Source: a virus
Lineage: Duplodnaviria; Caudoviricetes
Reading direction: 5' to 3' (one strand)
DNA length: 54,487 nucleotides
Virus record (IMG/VR): IMGVR_UViG_3300033148_005240
Location: 1 to 54,487 of that record
A program made the position numbers and the translations under genes. Below, one piece after another: positions 8,485-17,792 of this stretch; within the stretch, counting starts at the first letter, position 1; each line of letters starts with the position of its first letter. The notes beneath the pieces are model-generated. The model did not search any database, was not told the origin of the DNA, and saw nothing but the letters and a program-made list of their open reading frames with translations.

Positions 8485-9166
8485 ATATAATAATTATAGT
8501 AAAAATAAATATTGTAAATGTGGAAAATTGATTACTAATTTTGCAATGGACTGTAGAAAATGTGCCGATAGACAACATAGTTTACAAATGAAAGGGAATA
8601 AAAATTCTATGTATGGAAGTAAACGAATAGGTAAGGAAAATCCTTTCTTTGGTAGAAAACATAACGAAAAAACAAAGCAAATAATGAGAAAATTTCGTTT
8701 AGGTAAAAAACATACACAAAATACTATTAAAAAAATAAAAAAACACGCTACTAAATATTGGTTAAATAAAAAACGTCCTAAAAAAACTTGTCAAAAAATT
8801 AGCAAAACTCGAATAGTTCGTAAGGTTGCTAAAGGGAGAAAAAATCCTCATTTTGGAAAACCAGCTTCTCAAGCAAAAAAGATAATATACAAAAAGATTT
8901 TAATGAGAAGTTCTTGGGAAATAGCTTATGCCAAATGGTTAGATAAAAATAATATTAAATGGTCATATGAATCTAAAACTTTTGATTTAGGGAATTCTAC
9001 TTATACTCCCGATTTTTATTTACCTAAACAAAATAAATATATAGAAATTAAAGGATATTATAGAAAAAGTTTTATCAAAAAATTTCAAAGATTTAAAAAA
9101 TTATATCCAGAAATCAATATCCAAATTGAGAATAAAAAATTGTTAAAAAAAGAAGGAATAATTTAG
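8468..9166 (+). CDS. NUMOD3-repeat homing endonuclease with PD-(D/E)XK domain
   Basis: GKENPFFGRKHNEKTK-type repeats; MRSSWE..YAKWLD..W.YE..YTPDFYL..YIEIKG. Confidence 0.75.
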   Translation: MKNKSKYNNYSKNKYCKCGKLITNFAMDCRKCADRQHSLQMKGNKNSMYGSKRIGKENPFFGRKHNEKTKQIMRKFRLGKKHTQNTIKKIKKHATKYWLNKKRPKKTCQKISKTRIVRKVAKGRKNPHFGKPASQAKKIIYKKILMRSSWEIAYAKWLDKNNIKWSYESKTFDLGNSTYTPDFYLPKQNKYIEIKGYYRKSFIKKFQRFKKLYPEINIQIENKKLLKKEGII

Positions 9167-9169
9167 ATA

Positions 9170-9355
9170 ATGAATAAAATAAAACAAAGATTGGTTTGGT
9201 TATTACTATTGTCTACTTCTTTTTTAACATTGTTAATTTTAAATGGATTTAAGTGGAAATATTTTTCGAATCTCTTTAAAAATTACAAACAAGTTCTAAA
9301 AAAAGGTAGCAAATATACAGAAGATGGGGACTATTATTTAACTCGTAAAAACTAA
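9170..9355 (+). CDS. small membrane protein
   Basis: 61 aa with one hydrophobic helix. Confidence 0.55.
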   Translation: MNKIKQRLVWLLLLSTSFLTLLILNGFKWKYFSNLFKNYKQVLKKGSKYTEDGDYYLTRKN

Positions 9356-9486
9356 TGAAACATAAATTAATAAAATATAAAATACAATTAAAACAATTAA
9401 ATGAAATTATAGAGTATTTTATCAAAAAGAGATTTAAACTATTACAAAAAATAGCTAAAATAAAAAAGAAAGAACCAAGAAAATGA
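9355..9486 (+). CDS. small basic hypothetical protein (43 aa)
   Basis: TAATG coupling at the start and ATGA coupling at the end; my own translation. Confidence 0.4.
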   Translation: MKHKLIKYKIQLKQLNEIIEYFIKKRFKLLQKIAKIKKKEPRK

Positions 9487-9641
9487 ACCAATATTTTGAT
9501 ACAGAACGGATTGTTTGTTTGGCTTGTGGACATATATGGAAACTTAATTCAGATAAACCAATTACTGATGAACAACATTGGAATTGGGTAAGAGATATGC
9601 TAAGAGAACATAATGAAATAAAAAAAGGGAAAGATGAATAA
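9483..9641 (+). CDS. small hypothetical protein (52 aa)
   Basis: MNQYFDTERIVCLACGHIWKLNSDK...; overlaps both neighbours; my own translation. Confidence 0.5.
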   Translation: MNQYFDTERIVCLACGHIWKLNSDKPITDEQHWNWVRDMLREHNEIKKGKDE

Positions 9642-10218
9642 ATTATTTTTTATAATTGGTATGAGACGTTCTGGAACTTCAATATTGAGAGATTTAATTT
9701 CAAAACATCCTCAAGTTGATAAAATTTTATTTGAACCCTATGAACTTTTCCATGCCATTGCAGTGTCTCATTTAGGAAGATATAAAAACGACCCCTATGT
9801 TAAAAAAATAATAAACGATTTTCGTAATACCTCTGCAAAATATAAAGGAGCTAAGTTCGCCCTTAATGCTGGAATAGAAGCTATGACTTGGAGAAGATTG
9901 GCTTTAGTATTTCCTGAAGCAAAATTTATATTTATTGTTAGAAATGCCGAACAAACTTATAAATCTTGGATAGGACAGGATTTTAATAGTGTAAGAGGTT
10001 TATGTTCTAAAGAGTTATATATGGGATTTAGACATCATATAGTAGATAGTTTTGTTCATTTTGAAGAAAAAAATTTAAATAATAGTAGTATGGTATCGTA
10101 TGAATTTTTAGTAGAAAATCCTGATGAAGAATTAAAAGAAGTATGGAAAATTTTAGGAATTGAACCTATAACTGGATTAAAACAATATATGAAAAAACCT
10201 AAAAATTGGAGTAAATAA
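9634..10218 (+). CDS. sulfotransferase
   Basis: 5'-PSB loop GMRRSGTS, FIFIVRN 3'-PB motif, SYEFLVENP..EL. Confidence 0.85.
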   Translation: MNKLFFIIGMRRSGTSILRDLISKHPQVDKILFEPYELFHAIAVSHLGRYKNDPYVKKIINDFRNTSAKYKGAKFALNAGIEAMTWRRLALVFPEAKFIFIVRNAEQTYKSWIGQDFNSVRGLCSKELYMGFRHHIVDSFVHFEEKNLNNSSMVSYEFLVENPDEELKEVWKILGIEPITGLKQYMKKPKNWSK

Positions 10219-10709
10219 TGAATATATTGGATATTATGTATGAGCCAAATAAAAATAAATATTCTATTTTAGAAGAAAATGGACATAGAAAAGAAATTAC
10301 AAAAAAAGAATTTTATGAAATTTTAAAATCAAATAAATCAAAGGTAGAATTTACTGGAGAATGGAGTTTATTTATAGGAAGATGGCAACCTTTACATGAA
10401 GGGCATATAAAATTAATGAGAACAGTTTTAGATAAAGGAGGGAAAATTTGTATAGGTATTAGAAATACTAAACAGGATGAAAAAAATCCTTATAATGTAA
10501 AAGAACGAATTGAAATGATTAAAAAAGTTTTTGATAAAGAAATTAAGGAAAATAAAGTAAAATGGGTATCTTTACCTGATATAAAAGAGATTTGTCATGG
10601 CAGAAAAGTAGGTTGGGGTATTACTGAAATAATTTTAGACAAAAAGACTGAAACGATTTCAGCAACAGAAATAAGGAAGCAAAATGAAAAAAAGGAAAAT
10701 TCATCGTAG
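10218..10709 (+). CDS. HxGH-family nucleotidyltransferase
   Basis: FIGRWQPLHEGH, NPY...ERIEMI, ISATEIR. Confidence 0.8.
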   Translation: MNILDIMYEPNKNKYSILEENGHRKEITKKEFYEILKSNKSKVEFTGEWSLFIGRWQPLHEGHIKLMRTVLDKGGKICIGIRNTKQDEKNPYNVKERIEMIKKVFDKEIKENKVKWVSLPDIKEICHGRKVGWGITEIILDKKTETISATEIRKQNEKKENSS

Positions 10710-11430
10710 AAATTTTAGTTTTCAGGGAATTATTTATAGAATTTTTGTAATTTGTGTAAATGCCTTATTTTTTAAAGTTGGAGCTAAACAAGCCATGCAA
10801 AATTATGGAGCATTAGGGGCTTCTTTAATTTGGAACAGTATTAATATGGCATTATACTTTTTTTATCATGGGATATTTTTAAAATTATTTTCTTTAGAAA
10901 TTAAAACTAAAGGAGCAGTGGTTTGGTTTACTGGACTTCCTTGTTCGGGTAAAACTACTATTGCAGATGCAGTAGCAATTGTATTAAAAAAATTAGGAAA
11001 AAACGTGGAAAGATTAGACGGTGATGTTGTCCGTAAAGGGAAATTAAGTGATGATTTAGGCTTTTCACAAGAAGATAGGGATAAAAATATAAATAGAGTA
11101 AATTTTGTAAGCAAACTTTTATCAAGAAATGAAACTATAGTTTTAGCTTCTTTTGTTTCTCCTTATCGAAAAGTAAGAGATAAAATAAGAAAAAATGTTA
11201 TAAATTTTATAGAAGTTTATGTAGATACTTCTTCTGAAGAATGTGCTCGAAGAGATGTTAAAGGAATGTGGAAACTTGCTAAAGAAAAGAAAATAAAAAA
11301 TTTTACTGGTTATAATGCCCCTTATGAACGACCCTTTAAAAATGAGATTACTGTTTGGACTGAATTAGAAACCATAGAACAAAGCACTCAAAAAGTAATT
11401 AATTATCTTAAACAAAAAAAGCTTATATGA
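10684..11430 (+). CDS. cysC: adenylyl-sulfate (APS) kinase with an N-terminal membrane domain (DUF2061-like)
   Basis: VWFTGLPCSGKTT, LDGDVVR, DLGFSQEDR, SFVSPY, RDVKG, FTG..APYE; two hydrophobic helices at the N-terminus. Confidence 0.92.
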   Translation: MKKRKIHRRNFSFQGIIYRIFVICVNALFFKVGAKQAMQNYGALGASLIWNSINMALYFFYHGIFLKLFSLEIKTKGAVVWFTGLPCSGKTTIADAVAIVLKKLGKNVERLDGDVVRKGKLSDDLGFSQEDRDKNINRVNFVSKLLSRNETIVLASFVSPYRKVRDKIRKNVINFIEVYVDTSSEECARRDVKGMWKLAKEKKIKNFTGYNAPYERPFKNEITVWTELETIEQSTQKVINYLKQKKLI

Positions 11431-12122
11431 AAACTAAATTTTGTAGCAAATGCCATAAGAGAAAAAATATAATAGAATTTCATAAAGATAAAAATAGGAA
11501 ATACAGAAGACATGCTTATTGTAAAGAATGTAGACAAACTTTTAATATGAAAACTCGTAATAAATTAAGAAAAATAAATAAGAAAATATGTTGTCATTGT
11601 AAGCAAATTTTACCTTTAAATGCCTTTTCAAATGATAAATTATCTTTAGATAGTAAAACTTTTATATGCAAAAAATGTAAATATTATGTAGATAAAAAAT
11701 ATCGATTGACAAATAAAGAAAATATTAGAAAAAAGAAGAAAGAATATAAAATAAAAAATAGAACAAAAATATCTTTACATTCAAAAAATTATAATAAAAA
11801 GAAATATAAAATAAATTTAAATTTTAGATTGTTAAATATTTTGAGAAGTAGAATATACTTGGCATTAAAAGAAAAACATAAATCGTTGTCAACAATAAAG
11901 TTGATAGGTTGTTCCGTTAAAAAATTACGAAAATATTTAGAAAAACAATTTAAAAGAGGAATGACTTGGGGTAATTATGGTTTATATAGTTGGCATATTG
12001 ACCATATCAAACCATGTGCTTCTTTTGATTTAAGTAAAGTAAATGAACAGCAAAAATGCTTTAATTATAAAAACTTACAGCCCTTATGGGCAAAAGAGAA
12101 TTTAAGTAAGGGGAAATCATAA
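11427..12122 (+). CDS. HNH-type homing endonuclease (paralog 2 of 5)
   Basis: Four CxxC at the N-terminus; WHIDHIKPCASFDL..CFNYKNLQPLWAKENL. Confidence 0.8.
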   Translation: MKTKFCSKCHKRKNIIEFHKDKNRKYRRHAYCKECRQTFNMKTRNKLRKINKKICCHCKQILPLNAFSNDKLSLDSKTFICKKCKYYVDKKYRLTNKENIRKKKKEYKIKNRTKISLHSKNYNKKKYKINLNFRLLNILRSRIYLALKEKHKSLSTIKLIGCSVKKLRKYLEKQFKRGMTWGNYGLYSWHIDHIKPCASFDLSKVNEQQKCFNYKNLQPLWAKENLSKGKS

Positions 12123-13108
12123 TGAAATTAATAACGATTGGAGGACACAGAAAATCAGGAACTACCTTGCTTGCTAGTCTTTTGGATGGACATCCTAACC
12201 TTTTTGTTTATCCTTATGATTTACATTGGACATACAGTTTTTATCCAGAATATATAAAATCCAAATATTCTAAAAAAGAAAAAATAACGCAAATTACAAA
12301 TATAATTTTACCAGACCTTTATCAGATTTTAGAAAAATGGGTAAAATATGATAAACAAACAATTCAAAATAAAATAAAACCAGAGATTGAAAGAAGAATT
12401 AGAAATTATTTACAAAATAAAAATTCCACAAAAGATTATTTAGATGCACAAATAAAAAGTGTAGTTGCAGTATTAGGTAAAGAACCCAATAACACAATTG
12501 TAATAAAAGATACCCATTGTGAAGTTTATGCGAATTTATTATTTAATTTTTATCCAGATTCTAAATTTGTTAATATAATTAGAGACCCTAGAGATAATTT
12601 TGCTTCTATTTTAACTGGATGGGATAAACATTATAAAAATCAATACGATAGTAAAGAAAGATTATTAAGAGATTTTATAGATAGGGGGTATTTATGTATG
12701 AGAATGGCAAAGGATAATGCGATTAAATTTGGCGTTGGTAAATACATAACCATTCGCTATGAAAATTTAGTGCAATATCCAATACAAGTCATGGCAGAAT
12801 TATGTCAATGGATAGGAATTAGAGAATCTCTTTTAAATCTTAATCCGACTTTTTGTGGAGTAGAGTGGAAAGGAAATAGTTTTACGAAAACTTACAAAGG
12901 AATCAGTAAAAACAGAATTGGTATTTACAAAGAAATATTATCAAAATATCAGAGAAAAGTTATTGAATATTATTTTGGAGACTTAATGGAATCTTTTGGA
13001 TATGCTCTCGATTATAAAAAAGAAGAATGTGTAAATGCAATTAGAGAACATTATAAATGGCTTAATGCTAATGGATTCCACTCTGGAAAACCTTATAGGA
13101 AATATTAA
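12122..13108 (+). CDS. sulfotransferase
   Basis: GGHRKSGTTLLASLLDGHP, IIRDPRDNFAS, RYENLV. Confidence 0.88.
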   Translation: MKLITIGGHRKSGTTLLASLLDGHPNLFVYPYDLHWTYSFYPEYIKSKYSKKEKITQITNIILPDLYQILEKWVKYDKQTIQNKIKPEIERRIRNYLQNKNSTKDYLDAQIKSVVAVLGKEPNNTIVIKDTHCEVYANLLFNFYPDSKFVNIIRDPRDNFASILTGWDKHYKNQYDSKERLLRDFIDRGYLCMRMAKDNAIKFGVGKYITIRYENLVQYPIQVMAELCQWIGIRESLLNLNPTFCGVEWKGNSFTKTYKGISKNRIGIYKEILSKYQRKVIEYYFGDLMESFGYALDYKKEECVNAIREHYKWLNANGFHSGKPYRKY

Positions 13109-14235
13109 TGAAAAAAATTAAAAGAAATATTATATTAACCCCAGCACCAGCTACAACAACTGATACTGTTAAATATGCTCAAGTTGTTCCTGATATTTGT
13201 CCAAGAGAAAAAGAATTTGGAGAATTAATGAATAATATTAGACAAGATTTAATAAAAATTATTCATGGAGATAAGAAATATACTTCTATATTATTTACAG
13301 CTTCAGGAACTTCAATTATGGATGCTGTTATTAATTCTGTTATTCCTAAAAGTGGGAAATTATTAATTTTAGAAAATGGGGCTTATGGTAAAAGAATAGA
13401 ACAAATTGCAGAAGCATATAATATAAAATATAAAACTTTAAAAGTTAAATGGGGAACATCTTTAGATTTGAAATATTTAGATGAATATTTAAGTTGTTAT
13501 TGCAATGCTTTTTCCGCAGTAGCAGTTATTCATCATGAAACAACTACAGGTATTTTAAATGATATTGAAGCTATAGGAAAGATAGTCAAAAAATATAAAA
13601 AAGTTTATATTATAGATACTATTTCCAGTTTTGGAGGGATACCTATCAATATTAAAAAAATAAAAGCAGATTATATTATGGGTTCGGCAAATAAATGTTT
13701 ACAAGGGATGCCTGGTATTTCTTTTGTTATAGCTAAAAAATCTGAATTAAAGAAAATAAAAAATTATTCTGTAAGGTCTTATTATTTAAATCTATGGCGT
13801 AATTATGAATATTTTGAAAAGAAAAAACAAACCCCATTTACTCCAGCTATTCAATGTATTTATGCTTTGAAACAAGCATTAAAAGAATATTTTAAAGAGG
13901 GAGAAGGTAATAGATGGAAACGCTATCAAAAAAATTGGATAATTTTAAGTATAGGTATGGAAGAATTAGGGTTCGAACCTTATTTAAATTTTGGTTTAGA
14001 AAGTAGAATTGTTACTACTTATTATGAACCTAAATCCCCTTATTATAAAAGAAAAAAATTTAATTTTAATAAATTTCATGATAAATTAAAACAAAAAGGC
14101 TTTACTATTTATCCTGGAAAATTAACAGATGAAAAAACTTTTAGATTAGGAAATATTGGAGACATAACAAGAAAAGATATTAAAAAATTTTTAAAAGCAG
14201 TAAAGAAGGTGAAAAATGATTGTTTTATCTCATAA
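13108..14235 (+). CDS. phnW: 2-aminoethylphosphonate transaminase (class V PLP; PhnW/AepZ-like)
   Basis: LTPAPATT, DICPREKEF, NGAYGKR, HHETTTGILN, DTISSFG, SANKCLQGMPG (PLP Lys), FTP, IYPGK. Confidence 0.92.
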   Translation: MKKIKRNIILTPAPATTTDTVKYAQVVPDICPREKEFGELMNNIRQDLIKIIHGDKKYTSILFTASGTSIMDAVINSVIPKSGKLLILENGAYGKRIEQIAEAYNIKYKTLKVKWGTSLDLKYLDEYLSCYCNAFSAVAVIHHETTTGILNDIEAIGKIVKKYKKVYIIDTISSFGGIPINIKKIKADYIMGSANKCLQGMPGISFVIAKKSELKKIKNYSVRSYYLNLWRNYEYFEKKKQTPFTPAIQCIYALKQALKEYFKEGEGNRWKRYQKNWIILSIGMEELGFEPYLNFGLESRIVTTYYEPKSPYYKRKKFNFNKFHDKLKQKGFTIYPGKLTDEKTFRLGNIGDITRKDIKKFLKAVKKVKNDCFIS

Positions 14236-15184
14236 ACAAATAACTTCTTTAAATATCACTTTTAATGAATGTTTAAATGCCATAGTAGATGTTTTAAAAG
14301 AACACGCTAAGAAGCGAGTTTTTATGCCATCTAAAGTAAGTATTACTCCTGAAGAAGGGATATTTTTCACATCAATGCCTTCTTATGTTCCGAAATATAA
14401 TATGTCAGGAATTAAATGGGTAAGTCGTTTTCCCAAAAATAGTAATAAAAATATTCCAAAAGTAATTAGCACTTATTTACTAAATGATATGATTACAGGG
14501 CATCCTTTAGCAGTAATGGAAGCTAGTTGGCTTACTGCTATGAGAACAGGAGCAATGGCTGGCTTAACTGCTAAATATTTTGCTATTCAAGAAGCCAAAA
14601 CCCTTTCAATTATAGGAGCAGGGGTGCAATCAGTAGCTTGTTTACAATTTATAAAATTACTGTGTCCCCAAATTAAGAAAATAAAAATTTATAGATATAA
14701 GAATACCACAATTCGATTTATTAAAAGATTTAAATCGTCAAAATTAATTTTTGAAATTTGTTCATCAATTAAAAAAACAATAGAAAATTCTGATATTATT
14801 TTAACAGCAACTACTTATGCAGATAAACCTTTTATCAATCCAGAATGGTTGAAACCAGGAATTTTAGCATTACCAATTCATCATAGAGGTTGGGAAAAAT
14901 GTGCTATGAAATTTGATAAAACTATTACAGATGATAAAAAACAAACTTTATATTATAAATCAAAAGGAGAATTTAGCGGAGGATTACCGACTATTTATGC
15001 AGAATTAGGCGAGATTATTTTAGGCAAAATAGCAAGGTCTAATAATAGAGAAAAAATTATAGCTTATAATATAGGAATAGCTATTTGCGACATTGCTTTA
15101 GCTAAAATAATATACGAAAAAGCAGTAAAAAAAGGAATTAAAAATCAACTTTTTAATGATTATAAAATAGGATTTTATTTATGA
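14216..15184 (+). CDS. ornithine cyclodeaminase/mu-crystallin family NAD(P)-dependent oxidoreductase
   Basis: MPSY..GIKWVSRFP, TG.PLAVM..LTAMRTGA, IIGAGVQ, DIILTAT, GIAICD. Confidence 0.88.
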   Translation: MIVLSHKQITSLNITFNECLNAIVDVLKEHAKKRVFMPSKVSITPEEGIFFTSMPSYVPKYNMSGIKWVSRFPKNSNKNIPKVISTYLLNDMITGHPLAVMEASWLTAMRTGAMAGLTAKYFAIQEAKTLSIIGAGVQSVACLQFIKLLCPQIKKIKIYRYKNTTIRFIKRFKSSKLIFEICSSIKKTIENSDIILTATTYADKPFINPEWLKPGILALPIHHRGWEKCAMKFDKTITDDKKQTLYYKSKGEFSGGLPTIYAELGEIILGKIARSNNREKIIAYNIGIAICDIALAKIIYEKAVKKGIKNQLFNDYKIGFYL

Positions 15185-16418
15185 AAAAGAAAATAATAGT
15201 ATATGCTAATGTAGTATGTGACATGCCTCATAGGGGACATATCGAATTTTTTCGAAAAGCAAAAGCTTTAGGAGATTATCTTATTGTAGGAGTGCATCCT
15301 GATAATATAACTCAAGAATATAAAAGAAAACCTATAATGTCTTATGAAGATAGGCTAGAAATTTTAAAGTCAATTAAAGAAATAGATTTGGTAATTAAAG
15401 ATTGTAGAGATAAAGAATCTCCTACAATATACGAAAATTTAAAAAAATATAATGTCGATATAATAGTTCATGGAGACGATTTCATACCTTCTTATACAAA
15501 AAAAGTAGAAGAGATGGGAATAAAACCGATATTAGTTCCTTATTATCCAAATTTATCTACTACTAAATTACTACAAAATATTAGAAGCAAAAATACTCTA
15601 AAAAATGCTTTAAAAGAGAAAGAAAAATTAATAATAATATCTGCTAATGATGCAATTACAGCGAAACTAGTAGAACAATATGGATTTGATGGGATTTGGA
15701 TTTCTTCCTTTGAAACAAGTGCTAGATTAGGATTAGTAGATAATGAAACTATAAATTTAACAGATATGATAAATATAGCTAGACCAATTGTAGAATCTGT
15801 AAATATTCCTGTTATAGTGGATGCCGATACAGGATAACAGTTAAAGAATTAGAAAAAATCGGAATATCTGCTGTTTGCATCGAAGATAATATATTTCCAA
15901 AATCTAATTCTCTTTGGGGAGACAAAATTCCTATAGCAGGTATGAAATTTTTCGGTGCAAAAATCAAAGCAGGAAAGGATATTCAAAAAACAAAATATTT
16001 TTGTATTGTAGCAAGAACAGAAGCTCTCATTAGAGGATATGGCAAAAAAGAAGCTTTAAAAAGAGCCAATTATTATGCAGATTGTGGTGCAGATTTAATT
16101 TTAATGCACAGTAGGGATAAAACTGGAAAAGAAGCATTAGAAATTCCTAAATATTGGAAAAGAAATATTCCTTTAATAATTATACCTTCTAAATTCCCAC
16201 AAATTACAAACAAACAATTATTTAAAGCAGGGTATTCTGTAATAATCTTTGCTAACCAAACTCAAAGAGCCAAAATATTTGGAGTTAAAAAAATATTACA
16301 GATATTGAAAACTAAACAAACTGCAAAATCATTGGAAAATTATATAGCAACTTTAGATGAATTTCGTAGTTTAACCCCAATAGAAGAAACAAAAAGAAGA
16401 AAATTAAAATATGAATAA
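15181..16418 (+). pseudogene. pepM: cytidylyltransferase-phosphoenolpyruvate mutase fusion, split by a frameshifting lesion at ~15835
   Basis: N-terminal TagD-type HRGH...STT domain, then GFDGIWISS..DADTG*; a second frame resumes ITVKELEKIGISAVCIEDNIFPKSNSL..VARTEALI..GADLILMHS. Confidence 0.85.
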
Positions 16419-16758
16419 AAAATTTGATTTCATAGCAGGAGTGCCTTGTAGCAAATTTAAAGGAATTGTAGATTATAATAAAATTTTAATTTCTACAAGA
16501 GAAGATGAAGCGTTAGCTATGGCAGTTGGGGCATATTTGGTTGGGAAAAAATCAATGACTTTTATGCAAAATAGTGGTTTAGGCAATTGTGTAGATGTTA
16601 TAACTAGTCTTTTGAAACCTTATAATATTTCTATTCCCTTATTGATAAGCGTTAGATATAATCCTGAACATCATAGATTTATGGGTTTAATAACAAAAAA
16701 ATTATTAAAACTTTTAAATTATAATAATTACAAATTAATAGAGAAAGATAATGACTAG
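16411..16758 (+). CDS. phosphonopyruvate decarboxylase alpha subunit (ThDP enzyme, PYR domain)
   Basis: GVPCS, TREDEALAMAVGAYL, FMQNSGLGN, PEH. Confidence 0.8.
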   Translation: MNKKFDFIAGVPCSKFKGIVDYNKILISTREDEALAMAVGAYLVGKKSMTFMQNSGLGNCVDVITSLLKPYNISIPLLISVRYNPEHHRFMGLITKKLLKLLNYNNYKLIEKDND

Positions 16759-17224
16759 AAAAGAAGCTATAAAAAATATTGTAAAAGCAGTAAAAAAAGG
16801 AGATATTATTGTTTCTTCTACAGGTATGACCAGTAGGGAATTATATAATATAAAGGATAGACCTTTAAATTTTTATATTATGGCATCGATGGGTAATACT
16901 CTTGCAGTAGGATTGGGAATGGCTCTTAACACTTCTAAAAAAGTTATAGTAATAATAGGAGATGGGGAAGCATTAATGGGATTAGGAAGTTTTATAACTT
17001 TAAATAAATTGAAACCAAATAATTTAATAGTTTATGTCTTAAATAATCAAGAACATGCTTCTACAGGTGGACAAATAACTTCTTCTCTTTATTGCAGATT
17101 TCAAAGTTTAGCTCCTTTCAATGTTATAAATGTTCCTATAGATAAAGGCAAAGGTAATGCCCTAAGAATCCCATTATCTTGCAAAACAATAAAAGAAAGA
17201 TTTATGAGGGCTTTAAATGAGTAA
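16751..17224 (+). CDS. phosphonopyruvate decarboxylase beta subunit (ThDP-binding domain)
   Basis: TGMTSRELY, DRPLNFY..ASMG, GDGEALM...NN..HASTGGQ. Confidence 0.8.
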   Translation: MTRKEAIKNIVKAVKKGDIIVSSTGMTSRELYNIKDRPLNFYIMASMGNTLAVGLGMALNTSKKVIVIIGDGEALMGLGSFITLNKLKPNNLIVYVLNNQEHASTGGQITSSLYCRFQSLAPFNVINVPIDKGKGNALRIPLSCKTIKERFMRALNE

Positions 17225-17792
17225 GCTTATTGGATTAAAAAATTATCTTTTTAAAATGGCAGATGTATTAAAAAAATATAATGTCGAATTTTTCTTATCT
17301 TCTGGAACTCTTTTGGGAGCAATTAGAGATAAAGATTTTATTAAAGGAGATATTGATATTGATATAGGAGTTAAAATTAATTACTTTAAAGATAACAAAT
17401 TGCTTGCAAAAGTATGTGCAGATTTAAAAAAAGTTAATATTTATCCTCATATAAATTGGAATGATTTTGCTTCTACATGTTTTTTAAATTCTAATAAAAT
17501 ACCTTTGGATATATATTATTATAATAAGAAAGGAAAATATTATAATATTTATTTAAAAGATAAAATAAGTAGATTTCCACAAGAATTTATAGATTCATTA
17601 GATAAAATTATTTTTTTAGGTAGAGAATTTAAAATTCCTCATAATCCTGAAAAATATTTAGAATATCTTTATGGTAAAGATTGGAGAATTCCTCAAGTTG
17701 GGAAAAAGGGAACAAGTAATAAAATACCTTATAAACATTATACTCTAATAAGTTATCATTCGATTATACCATTATATAGAAAGCAAAAATGA
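17217..17792 (+). CDS. licD: LicD-family phosphotransferase
   Basis: GTLLGAIRDKDFIKGDIDIDIG, LDIY, P.NPEKYLEYLYG.DWRIP. Confidence 0.85.
   Translation: MSKLIGLKNYLFKMADVLKKYNVEFFLSSGTLLGAIRDKDFIKGDIDIDIGVKINYFKDNKLLAKVCADLKKVNIYPHINWNDFASTCFLNSNKIPLDIYYYNKKGKYYNIYLKDKISRFPQEFIDSLDKIIFLGREFKIPHNPEKYLEYLYGKDWRIPQVGKKGTSNKIPYKHYTLISYHSIIPLYRKQK

Noticed and set aside
16411-17224. Coenzyme M or sulfonate pathway (ComDE) as the primary call
   Set aside because: The adjacent PEP mutase with PKxNS and the AEP-type transaminase favour phosphonopyruvate decarboxylase; no ComA/B/C seen; kept only as a caveat
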